Position numbers and translations under genes: made by a program. Positions 41,095 through 50,500 of a stretch of 64,000 nt of DNA are shown piece after piece (position 1 is the first letter of the stretch; every line of letters begins with the position of its first letter). The notes below the pieces were generated by a model that was not told the origin of the DNA, ran no database searches, and saw only the letters and a program-made list of their open reading frames with translations. This stretch comes from Candidatus Peregrinibacteria bacterium (GTDB lineage: Bacteria > Patescibacteriota > Gracilibacteria > UBA1369), in NCBI GenBank assembly GCA_963708185.1, contig OY970195.1, positions 416,001-480,000 of the forward strand. Reading direction: 5' to 3'.

Positions 41095-41175
41095 CAGTTT
41101 ACTCCTCCTTTTATAGGTTATGTCCTTCTAAATGTTGAGGACAGTTTCGTTTACTTCATTGATTTCAAACATCAG

Positions 41176-41237
41176 TCTTTTCGTTTGTAGGCCGTCAAAA
41201 CTCCTGTCTATATTTGCGGCTCACAAAAGCAAAAAGA
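41176..41237 (-). other. Conserved 5' leader hairpin, cassette A
   Basis: Same stems as cassette B, with one A-U to G-C compensatory change and one mismatch. Confidence 0.62.
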
Positions 41238-41244
41238 GCAGTTT

Positions 41245-41273
41245 ATTATTATACAAAATTGCAATTAAGTCAA
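41245..41273 (-). promoter_or_regulatory. Putative sigma70 promoter TTGACT...TATAATAAT
   Basis: Homologous position to the copy B promoter; spacer is 14 nt to TATAAT or 17 nt to AATAAT. Confidence 0.55.
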
Positions 41274-41579
41274 TAGCTCCAATTTTTATTTTGTTTGAAG
41301 GTAAAGAAGAAGAAAGTGGAATGAAGTTAGAATGCAAAAAATATTCATGAAAAGAGAGGAGGGGGACAGTCTAAAGGTATTTGGTCCTCTATCTTTTATT
41401 TTGCACAATATATCTTGTGCAAATATTAAACTTATTCTTGCTTCAAAAAGTGGGTTTTTTTCAGGTTTATCGTTGATATGTGGCTTCTCGACTGGCTTTA
41501 CTAAAAACTTTCGATTTTAGCCGTTTTAATATCTTTTTTGGGTTTTGATACCTTTGAATAAATTTTTCGAAATGTGTTT

Positions 41580-43907
41580 TTAGCGTTTGAAACGATTTTT
41601 ACCGATTTCGATAATTTTTTCGAGCAGTTGTCTCGGACTGAGAGGTTTTGGTAAAGATGCCGCTTGCTGGAAGAAAGTCGTTGAAGGCGTGAGTGCCGGT
41701 AAGGTATTTGCTTCTATAATGATCAATTCACCGGTTTTACGGTTCATAAAACAGTCCATACGGGTATAACCCTCGATATCCAAGGCGTCGGCAACCTTTT
41801 TTAATCGTTGTCTGACTTTTTTCAAGACCGTGCGACTCACGAATTTTTCTGGAGGAGGGACAAGATTGATGCCGGTACCGCCCATGAATTTTTCTTCAAG
41901 ACTGAGCGTTTCGCCCTTGGCGATGGTCTGGCTTGGAGAAAGGACGGTCAATTTGCCTTTCGGACCGAGAAAACCGACGGTCATTTCGATCAATCCGCTG
42001 CGGTTTTCCCAATGAATGGTAAGATTTTCGAGTGTTACTTTGTCACAGACAATAAAGTTTTCGATGAGTATTTCATTGAGTTTTTTTTCTGGAAGATCGA
42101 TTTGTCCGTGGAACGGATGAATTGCCCGTTCCGGAATGCAGGGGTTGCCGCTGCGAAAATATTGAATAGCTTTTTTGAACTCGTTTTCGTTGTTGATGCG
42201 GATAACCCCGGCGGAACAACCGTCACCTCTCGGTTTCAAGATAATTGACTTGTTGAATTTTAATTCTTTGAGTTTTTTCCAGGTTTTCTGCGGATTTTCG
42301 TCGATAGGCATCAAATATTTTTTTGCGATACCGACTCCAGGAATTTTGGCTTGTTCAATCCTCTGCCCCGTGGCGAATTTATCCATACAGAGCATGGAGC
42401 AGCCCGTACCGGGACCGTTATAGGGAAGGCGGAGGCGGTCGAGAAGATTTTGCATGGTGCCGTTTTCCCCCGCTCCCCCATGCAGCCCGAGAAACAGAAA
42501 TTTGTAATCTTTTGAAATAGATTCAATGGATGTCTGACGCGGAATAAAAATGGGCTCCTTCACGTTTTTTTTGTCGATGACGAGTCCGGCAAGAATGTGG
42601 TCGGCCTCTTTTTCGAGCCTTTCGAAATAATTGGAGTTCTTGAACAGTTTGATCTTTTCTTCGATCTCTTCGACGGTGTGTTGAAGACACAGAAATTGCG
42701 GTATATAAAAGATTTTTTGATCGAACGTCAGAAAAAGAGGCACCGGACTGTATTTTTTACTTAACTTGAGTTTCATCCAGACATTGGTTCCACTCATCAC
42801 AGAAACCTGCCGTTCTGCGGTGTTTCCTCCGAAAATTACCGGAATTTCTTCTTTTTTTTCATCGTCAGGTCCGGATTTTCCGACAGTTTTATTGATGATG
42901 TAGTCGAGCAGCTGGCGATGACTTAATCCCAATAATGCGGCCTGCTGGAAAAGGAAACTGTTCTGCTCCATACCGCTGATGGCGTTGATGTCGCTGAACC
43001 AGATCGATCCGTCATCGAGCACCCAGCCGTCAAGACGGCCGAAATCGTTCATGCCCAGGCATTTGAAGGCGTGAGCCGCCTGTACGCGGATTTTTTCGGT
43101 GGTTTTCTCGTCAAAGCGCGCAGGGGTGTGATATCGGGTTTCAGCAGTTGGAAGATATTTCTTGCGATAGTCGAAAAATCTGTCTTTCTTCAGTTCGATT
43201 TCCGTCGGCATCAATGCCACTGCGTCTCCTCCGGCATTTTCCAGCACAATAATAGTGAATTCCCTGCCGCTGACTTCAGGCTCAATGATGGCTTTATCTT
43301 CGTGTTTAAAAACCTCAACCAGTTTGTCTTTCAGTTCTTTGGGGTCACGGATGTACTGTACTCCGATACTCGAGCCGCCATGGAGTGGTTTTGCAACCCA
43401 TTTGCCTTTCGGAAGTTTCGGTAATTTCGCCCCTTTTTTTATTACATAGTCCTTTAGGGTGAAGAATCCGTGTTTCTTGAGGATTTCCTGGCAACGGTGT
43501 TTGTCCGACGTGTTCATGCAGGCTCTCGGACTCGAGCCGAGATAAGGAACCTCCATTTTTTCGAGCAGCGTTTGGAGCTGTCCGTCCTCTCCGAATGCTC
43601 CATGGATTGCCGGAAAAACAAGGTCGATTTTCTTAAGAAGTTTTCGCAGCTGCGCTGTAGTCAGCATCCTTTTGCTTTTTTTCAGCTTGTAATCAAAATC
43701 AAGAGGCGTGTTGGAGTAAATTTCCGTGGATTTTATCTGAAAAAACCTCAGTTTGGGATTGACGTATACAATGGTGAGTTCGTAGTTGTCCGGATCAAGA
43801 TTATCAAAGAGCGAACGCGCGGAGTTCAATGAAATTCCGCGTTCAGCCGAAGGTCCGCCGCAGATGATAGCAATTTTTTTCCTTTTTCGAGATTTTTTTT
43901 GAGGCAT
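41580..43907 (-). CDS. ddl: Tandem double-domain D-Ala-D-Ala ligase
   Basis: Two ATP-grasp Ddl units: GGPSAERGISLNSA/HGAFGEDG/GSSIGV and GGNTAERQVS/HGGAGENG/EANTLP. Confidence 0.9.
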   Translation of the reverse strand: MPQKKSRKRKKIAIICGGPSAERGISLNSARSLFDNLDPDNYELTIVYVNPKLRFFQIKSTEIYSNTPLDFDYKLKKSKRMLTTAQLRKLLKKIDLVFPAIHGAFGEDGQLQTLLEKMEVPYLGSSPRACMNTSDKHRCQEILKKHGFFTLKDYVIKKGAKLPKLPKGKWVAKPLHGGSSIGVQYIRDPKELKDKLVEVFKHEDKAIIEPEVSGREFTIIVLENAGGDAVALMPTEIELKKDRFFDYRKKYLPTAETRYHTPARFDEKTTEKIRVQAAHAFKCLGMNDFGRLDGWVLDDGSIWFSDINAISGMEQNSFLFQQAALLGLSHRQLLDYIINKTVGKSGPDDEKKEEIPVIFGGNTAERQVSVMSGTNVWMKLKLSKKYSPVPLFLTFDQKIFYIPQFLCLQHTVEEIEEKIKLFKNSNYFERLEKEADHILAGLVIDKKNVKEPIFIPRQTSIESISKDYKFLFLGLHGGAGENGTMQNLLDRLRLPYNGPGTGCSMLCMDKFATGQRIEQAKIPGVGIAKKYLMPIDENPQKTWKKLKELKFNKSIILKPRGDGCSAGVIRINNENEFKKAIQYFRSGNPCIPERAIHPFHGQIDLPEKKLNEILIENFIVCDKVTLENLTIHWENRSGLIEMTVGFLGPKGKLTVLSPSQTIAKGETLSLEEKFMGGTGINLVPPPEKFVSRTVLKKVRQRLKKVADALDIEGYTRMDCFMNRKTGELIIIEANTLPALTPSTTFFQQAASLPKPLSPRQLLEKIIEIGKNRFKR

Positions 43908-43932
43908 ATTAGCTCTTATTCTAGTGAAAAGG

Positions 43933-45971
43933 TTAGTCTTTGACAAATACCTCCTGGAGTTCGTCGATTTTCGCTTTGAGCGTGGGATACGAAACAAGTT
44001 CGGGATCTTTTTCGATGACGTTCTGCGCGGCCTGTCGGGCGAGGCTGATCGTAAAGGAGTCGCTCAGCGACGCCATTTTGAGATCGGGTATGCCGCTTTG
44101 CCTGACTCCGTAAATTTCCCCGGGGCCGCGGATCTGGAGGTCGATTTCGGCCAGTTTGAATCCGCTGGAAAAATCCACCATGGCGCGGAGTCGTTTTGTC
44201 GCCTCTTCCCCGGATTTTTTCATGAAGAGAAAACAGTAGGACTGATGTTCTCCTCTTCCGACGCGTCCCCTGAACTGATGGAGCTGCGAAAGGCCGAATC
44301 TTTCGGCGGCTTCGATGACCATGATGCTGGCGTTGGGGACGTCTATGCCGACTTCGATAACCGAGGTGGATACCAGGATGTGTATCTTGTTCTGTGAAAA
44401 GAGCGTCATAGTTTCTTCTTTGTCTTTCGGTTTCATTTTTCCGTGCAGGAGCCCGACTTTGAGTTCGGGAAAAATGTGCTCCTGAAGATATTCGTATTCC
44501 TGGATGGCGGACTTTACTTCGAGAACGTCGGATTCGTCAATCAACGGGCAGATGATGAAAGCCTGTCTTCCCTTCTTGACCTGTTCTTTGATCCATTTGT
44601 AACCGTCGAGGCGTTTTTTTTCGGGAACGATGCGCGTCTGGATCTGCTGACGTCCTTTGGGCATTTCATCGATGACGGAAAGGTCCTGGTCGCCATAGAC
44701 GGTCATGGCGAGCGTCCGAGGAATTGGCGTGGCCGAAAGACTTAGTAAATGCGGGCTTCCCTGGGACTTGAGGATGTCGCGTTGTTTCACCCCGAAGCGG
44801 TGTTGTTCATCGATGACGGCCAGGCCGAGTTTTTTGAAGCCGATGGTTTCCTGGATGAGCGCGTGCGTTCCGATGACGATATCGATTGTCCCGTTTTTCA
44901 GCTGAAGTGTGATGTCGTCTTTGATGCTTTGCGGAGTGCTTCCGGCGATGAACTGGATATTGAGACCGAACGGCTGGAGCATCTTGTAGACGGTGTGGTA
45001 GTGCTGTTTGGAAAGGATTTCGGTCGGAGCCATGAGTGCAGTTTGATAGCCGTTTTTTACGGCATCGAGCATGGCCGCAGCGGCCACGACGGTTTTTCCG
45101 GAGCCTACGTCACCCTGGAGGAGCCGCGACATGGGGTATGGTTTGTTGAGGTCGGTAAAAATTTCTTCGATGGCACGGAGCTGGGCTCCGGTCAGTTCAA
45201 AAGGAAGTTGCTTGAAGAATTTTTCAACCTCGGGAAGGCGCGGTAACGGTTTTTGTTCATGGACGGCCACGTTCTGCCAGCGCCATTTTTTCTGGAGCGC
45301 CTTGACCTGGAGCAGGAACAATTCGTCGAAACTGAGGCGTTTTTTGGCTTCTTCCAGGGTTTGTTCGTCCGTGGGAAAGTGGACTTCAGCGACGGCCTGC
45401 TGATAGTTCATCAATTTGTATTCCTTGATGATTTCAGGAGGCATGTAGTCCTTGAAATGTTTGACCCAGTCCTTGATGAGCGGCTGGATTTTTTCGCGCA
45501 GCCACTTGGAACTCAGGCCTGCGGTTTCGTGATAGACCGGAACGATGCGGCCCACGTGTGTCTGCTCTTTTTTTTGTTCTTCGAACGAGGGCTCTGGAGC
45601 GTCATTTTCCCCAGGTTGAATTTTGCTTTTCCGGAGAGGATGATCTCCTGGCCGTTCTTGAGGACGCGTTTGAGGTAGGGCTGGTTGAACCAGATGACTT
45701 CGACCGAACCGGTGTCGTCGCTCAAAAGCGCTTTGGTCAGATGTTTGCCGTTCTTGGTCCTTTTGTGGAAAATGTTGCTGAGCGTTCCGATAACGTTGTT
45801 GATTTCATCTGTTTTGAGATCGCTGATGTTGGTGTAGGCGCTTTTGTCGACGTAGGTCCGCGGAAAATACAGGACGAGATCGCGTACGGTCTTGATCCCC
45901 AGTTCCTGGAGTTTCACCGCGTGTTCCTTGTTGGTGCGGAGGACTTGTTGTAGAGGAGATTTGAGGCTCAT
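43933..45971 (-). CDS. recG: ATP-dependent DNA helicase RecG (frameshift near 45590)
   Basis: N-terminal wedge domain plus QGDVGSGKT, DEQHRFGV, SATPIPRTL, QLHQFRGRVGR; one C missing in a C-run. Confidence 0.96.
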
Positions 45972-46014
45972 ATTTTCAGGTAACGGGTTTTTTGTTTGTC
46001 TTGATACCTGAATG

Positions 46015-47241
46015 TCAGTTGCTTTTTACTCTGAGAAATTTGCGCTTCCCGGCCTGAACGGTTCGTTCTTTTTCCAGTGAAATCATGGCGTTGATGTCTT
46101 CGATTTTTTCTCCATCAACCTTCACTCCCCCTCCCAGAATGAGACGTTTTGCTTCGCTTTTTGAAGGCAGAAGCGGTGTTAAGGATCCGTATTGATCGCA
46201 AAGTATATTCAGGATGGAGATCTCTTTTCTGTCTTCGGCAGGATACTCAACGAGAGGAATGTCGTCGGGGATTTCTTTGTTGGAGACCGTTTTTACGAAA
46301 TACCCTTCCGCGGCTTTGGCTGATTTGGCATCGTAATATTCGGTGACGATCTGGCGGGCCAGTTCCATTTTGAGGTTGCGCGGATTTTCTCCTGCCTTGA
46401 GCGCTTTTTTGACTTCGTCGATTTTTTCGTCGGGAACGCCCGTGGCGAGTTCAAAGTAGTTGACGATGATGTCGTCGGGGATGGACATGACTTTGCCGTA
46501 CATGTCGTTGGGAGGTTCGTTGACCCCGATGTAGTTGCCGGTGGTCTTGCCCATTTTGATTTTGCCGTCGGTTCCTACGAGGATCGGAACGGTCATGATA
46601 TCCTGGGGCCTCTGTCCATGGGCTTTCTGAAGCACTCGTCCGGCGAGGAGGTTAAAGGTCTGTTCCGTAGCGCCGAGTTCGACATCCGCTTTCAAAGCGA
46701 CGGAATCGTAACCCTGCATGAGCGGATAGAAAAATTCGTGGAGGGAGATCGGTGCGTTTTTTTTGATGCGTTCCTGGAACATGTCGCGTTCGAGCATCTG
46801 GGCGACGGTAAAATTGCTGGCCAGTTTGATGACATCGGTGAAGGTCAGTGGACTGAGCCATTCAGCGTTCCAACGCACTTCAAGTTTGTCGACGTCGAGG
46901 AAAGTTTTGACCTGTTTGAGGTAGTGTTTGGCGTTTTTTTCAAGATCCTCCTGCGTGCGCATGGTGCGGGTTTCGCTTTTTCCGGTGGGGTCGCCGATCT
47001 GTCCGGTGAAGTTCCCGAAGAGCAACTGGATGTTGTGGCCGAGCTCCTGGAACTCTTTGAGTTTTCGGACAACGACCATGTGTCCAAGGTGGAGGTCACT
47101 TCCGGTCGGATCGATACCGAATTTGATGTTCAGTTTTTTCCCTGACAAAAGTTTTTTTTCAAGATCAGGTCTGACCTGCACTTCAACGGTGCCGCGGTTG
47201 AGGAGTCGGTTGATTTGCTGGAGATCGGGTTTCTGGGGCAT
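46015..47241 (-). CDS. tyrS: Tyrosyl-tRNA synthetase
   Basis: GIDPTGSDLHLGH, YPLMQGYD, KMGKT, C-terminal S4 domain. Confidence 0.97.
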   Translation of the reverse strand: MPQKPDLQQINRLLNRGTVEVQVRPDLEKKLLSGKKLNIKFGIDPTGSDLHLGHMVVVRKLKEFQELGHNIQLLFGNFTGQIGDPTGKSETRTMRTQEDLEKNAKHYLKQVKTFLDVDKLEVRWNAEWLSPLTFTDVIKLASNFTVAQMLERDMFQERIKKNAPISLHEFFYPLMQGYDSVALKADVELGATEQTFNLLAGRVLQKAHGQRPQDIMTVPILVGTDGKIKMGKTTGNYIGVNEPPNDMYGKVMSIPDDIIVNYFELATGVPDEKIDEVKKALKAGENPRNLKMELARQIVTEYYDAKSAKAAEGYFVKTVSNKEIPDDIPLVEYPAEDRKEISILNILCDQYGSLTPLLPSKSEAKRLILGGGVKVDGEKIEDINAMISLEKERTVQAGKRKFLRVKSN

Positions 47242-47315
47242 GAGTAAACATTAAGAACGCAATTATCATAAGCAAAAAAAGCCTTTTTTACAATGTTATC
47301 CTTTGGCTTGCGGCA

Positions 47316-47924
47316 TCAGGCCCGAGGTTCAATGAGCGAGGCGAAATATTGGTGAAGCCTGGAGTCTTTTCGCAGTTCGGGATGAAAAGTCGCCGCGAGG
47401 ATGTTTTCCTGTTGAACAAGGATGATTTTTTTGTCATGTCGGGCGAGGATTTTAACTTCCCGGCCGGTTTTTTGGATAACCGGAGCGCGGATAAACGCAG
47501 CGTGCAGTGCTTTTATATGGAGTTCGGGAATGTCGACGTCGGTTGAGAAACTGTCGATCTGCCTTCCGTAGGCGTTCCTTTGCACCGTGATGTCGATGAG
47601 TCCGAGGTGCGGCGGAATAATGTTGCCGATGATTTGTTTTGCCAGGACGATGGCTCCGGCACATGTTCCAAAGACGGGAAAACCGTCAGCCGCGAGTTTC
47701 TTCAGCCTGGCACCTGTTCCGCTTTGTTCAAGAAAAAAGCCGATGGTCGTACTTTCGCCGCCGGGGATGATCAGCCCGTCACATTGCTCCAGATCATCAA
47801 CGGACCTGACTTCAACGGCGTCGTGGCCCAATCCTGCAATAATGTTTTTGTGTTCAAGAACATCGCCCTGGAAAGCCAGGATACCGATAGTTTTGACTCG
47901 GCGGTGTTTGGAGTGGGATTTCAT
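47316..47924 (-). CDS. pdxT: PLP synthase glutaminase subunit
   Basis: PGGESTT, GTCAG, RNAYGRQ, FIRAP, FHPEL. Confidence 0.96.
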   Translation of the reverse strand: MKSHSKHRRVKTIGILAFQGDVLEHKNIIAGLGHDAVEVRSVDDLEQCDGLIIPGGESTTIGFFLEQSGTGARLKKLAADGFPVFGTCAGAIVLAKQIIGNIIPPHLGLIDITVQRNAYGRQIDSFSTDVDIPELHIKALHAAFIRAPVIQKTGREVKILARHDKKIILVQQENILAATFHPELRKDSRLHQYFASLIEPRA

Positions 47925-47939
47925 GGCGGTAGTGGCCTT

Positions 47940-48863
47940 TTAGAGGTTTTTCCCTCTCTCCTGGAGACGCGTTTCAACTTGGTGCGTCTGAATTCCGAAC
48001 ATCGGTTCTTGGAGATCTTCCGAGACTTCGGCCAGTTTTTTGGGGTTGTTGTAATTCATGGTGGCCAGAACGATGGCGCGCGCCCGTTTTGCAGGATTTT
48101 TCGATTTAAAGATTCCGGATCCTACAAAAATTCCCTCGGCACCGATTTGCATGAGCAAAGCTGCGTCGGCGGGTGTGGCGATGCCGCCTGCAGCGAAATT
48201 GACCACGGGGAGTTTTCCGTGCGTTTTTACCTTTTCGAGTAATTTCAGTTCAATACGTTCGTCGCTGGCGTATTTCTTGAGCTGTGCAGTGTTCATTTTC
48301 TTGAGACCGTCAATTTCCTTGAGAATTTGCCTCATGTGGCGTACCGCTTCGATAACATCTCCTGTTCCGGCTTCGCCTTTTGTCCTGATCATGGCGGCTC
48401 CTTCCTGGAGACGACGCAGGGCTTCGCCCAAACCCGTCGCTCCGCATACAAAAGGAACGGCAAATCCGGTTTTATCAACGTGTCTGGTGTCGGCAGGTGT
48501 CAGGACCTCACTTTCATCAATAAAATCTATTTTAAGGGCTTCCAGGATCTGCGCTTCGACAGCGTGACCGATACGGACCTTGGCCATGACGGGGATCGAT
48601 ACTGCAGCCTGGATTTCTTTGATAAGCTTCGGATCGCTCATTCTGGCAACCCCTCCCTGTGCTCGGATGTCGGCGGGAACGCGTTCCAAAGCCATGACGG
48701 CCACGGCTCCGGCATTTTCGGCGATTTTGGCCTGTTCGGCGTTGGTGACGTCCATAATGACGCCTCCCTTGAGCATCTGTGCCAGGTTGGATTTTACGGA
48801 AAATGTCCCCTTGGCGTCATTTTTCGTGTTTTTCTTTTTTGAGACTGATGATTTTCTCGTCAT
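47940..48863 (-). CDS. pdxS: PLP synthase lyase subunit
   Basis: [38 protein letters not shown]. Confidence 0.97.
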   Translation of the reverse strand: MTRKSSVSKKKNTKNDAKGTFSVKSNLAQMLKGGVIMDVTNAEQAKIAENAGAVAVMALERVPADIRAQGGVARMSDPKLIKEIQAAVSIPVMAKVRIGHAVEAQILEALKIDFIDESEVLTPADTRHVDKTGFAVPFVCGATGLGEALRRLQEGAAMIRTKGEAGTGDVIEAVRHMRQILKEIDGLKKMNTAQLKKYASDERIELKLLEKVKTHGKLPVVNFAAGGIATPADAALLMQIGAEGIFVGSGIFKSKNPAKRARAIVLATMNYNNPKKLAEVSEDLQEPMFGIQTHQVETRLQERGKNL

Positions 48864-48954
48864 AAGAAGAGGTAAAAGCTTGAGCAGATTAACAAATAGC
48901 TCCTTGATTTTCAATGGATGTTATGGCATATTTTGCACTCTTTTCATTTTTGCC

Positions 48955-49479
48955 ATGGCTACCAAAAAGAAACTCGGTGGACTCGAGCCTCGGGAGTATG
49001 AGGGGCTCAAAAACGACATGATGGAAAAAAGGGGCAAGCTTGCTCCTTATGAGCGTCCGATTATTCCTTTGAAGATTGCCTGTCATGCGCACGATTTTTT
49101 ACGAAAGATCGGCGCGGAAGTCACGATGGACAGTGAGTATCGGGTCAATTCAATCTCTTCGAGGTTTCCGGACGGAAACGAGATACAGATTCTGGGAGGC
49201 ACCAATGAGCAGAAAATCGTTTTTTCCTTTCACGCCAATATTCCAAAATTTGTGGTGAACGATGAGGTCATCAAATCGATGAAAGCCTTGATGCGTATAA
49301 TGGCTTTTTTCGTGAAAGCGGGATATCTTGATATCGATCGTTCAGGCGGTGATCATGCAACCGACGTGGTGACGATGCGAAAGCTGTGCGATACTTCAGA
49401 TGCTCTCACGGTTACCACGGAGTTGAGGAGGATAGCCGGAAAACTTGGGTATATTACAACGAGAAGAAAGCAAAAATAG
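48955..49479 (+). CDS. Hypothetical protein
   Basis: Non-overlapping part of the ORF, starting at ATG 48955. Confidence 0.65.
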   Translation: MATKKKLGGLEPREYEGLKNDMMEKRGKLAPYERPIIPLKIACHAHDFLRKIGAEVTMDSEYRVNSISSRFPDGNEIQILGGTNEQKIVFSFHANIPKFVVNDEVIKSMKALMRIMAFFVKAGYLDIDRSGGDHATDVVTMRKLCDTSDALTVTTELRRIAGKLGYITTRRKQK

Positions 49480-49501
49480 ACATCATTTGAATTCAATTTT
49501 C

Positions 49502-50500
49502 ATGAAAACTTCTGGCATTACGGTTGAAGAACAGTATGCCGGCGTGCGCCTGGATAAAGTGTTAACCCACTATTTTTCCGAGCACACCCGCAGTTATTTC
49601 CAGCACCTTCTGGAAAGCGGTTCGGTGAAAGTAAACGGGAAAAGCGTCAAAGCGAGCTATACCGTCAAAAGCGGCGATAAGGTTGAGGTTTCCTTCCCCA
49701 CCCCGAAAGAGCTTCTTGTAGAGCCGAAAAACATTCCTTTGGACATCGTTTACGAGGATCCGAATATTCTTGTCATCAATAAACCGGCCGGGCTGGTGGT
49801 TCATCCCGGCACCCACGGTTCGCATAGCGACGATTCTCTGGTCAACGCGATTCTGTACCATTGCAAAACCCTGAAGGATACCTCCAAAGGTTCATTGAGC
49901 GGCATTAACGGCGTTGTGAGACCCGGCATCGTCCACCGGCTCGACAAAGATACCTCGGGGCTGCTGGTCGTGGCGAAGAACGATGCAGCCCAGCAGTTCA
50001 TGATGGAACAGTTCCAGGAGAAAACGGTGCAAAAGGTTTATTACGCTCTCGTGGTCGGACATCTCGAACCTGAGCAAGGCACTATCGATGCTCCGATCGG
50101 CCGCAGTCTTCATGACCGTAAAAAAATGGCCGTGGTCCAGGGGAAGACTTCAAAAGAGGCCGTGACGAAATATGAGGTTGTGCGTTACTACGGCGACTAC
50201 AGTTACGTAAAAGTTCATCTTCTTACCGGAAGGACCCATCAGATCCGCGTGCATTTCGCCGCGATCGGGTTTCCTCTTGTGGGTGACAGAACGTACGGCA
50301 GGGCCAAGACAAACCACAGTTTTGAAAAACATTACGGTCTGCAGCGGCAGTTTTTGCATGCGACCGAGCTTTCTTTCATGATCCCTCCTGCTGGTCGAAA
50401 CAAACGTTCAAAAAAGGGAGAGTTTGAATCTCCTCTCCCTTTGGATTTGCAACGTGTCCTGGACGGTTTGAGCCGTGAAGCCTCAACCGTTAACCGTTAA
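49502..50500 (+). CDS. rluD: RluA/RluD family pseudouridine synthase
   Basis: S4 domain, NKPAGLVVHP, HRLDKDTSG, TGRTHQIRVH. Confidence 0.92.
   Translation: MKTSGITVEEQYAGVRLDKVLTHYFSEHTRSYFQHLLESGSVKVNGKSVKASYTVKSGDKVEVSFPTPKELLVEPKNIPLDIVYEDPNILVINKPAGLVVHPGTHGSHSDDSLVNAILYHCKTLKDTSKGSLSGINGVVRPGIVHRLDKDTSGLLVVAKNDAAQQFMMEQFQEKTVQKVYYALVVGHLEPEQGTIDAPIGRSLHDRKKMAVVQGKTSKEAVTKYEVVRYYGDYSYVKVHLLTGRTHQIRVHFAAIGFPLVGDRTYGRAKTNHSFEKHYGLQRQFLHATELSFMIPPAGRNKRSKKGEFESPLPLDLQRVLDGLSREASTVNR

Larger units (their letters stand above)
39192..41275 (-). repeat. Head-to-tail tandem duplication of a ~1.03-kb promoter-to-terminator cassette (39192-40218, 40219-41275)
   Basis: On the + strand both units begin CATAGGAAAAAGCGCCC and end AGTCAATA; they share leader, Cys domain and trailer. 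Confidence 0.9.

Noticed and set aside
39245-41174. Transposon/MITE terminal inverted repeats
   Set aside because: The complementary arms lie inside the duplicated unit rather than at its ends, are bulged, and show no target-site duplication or transposase.
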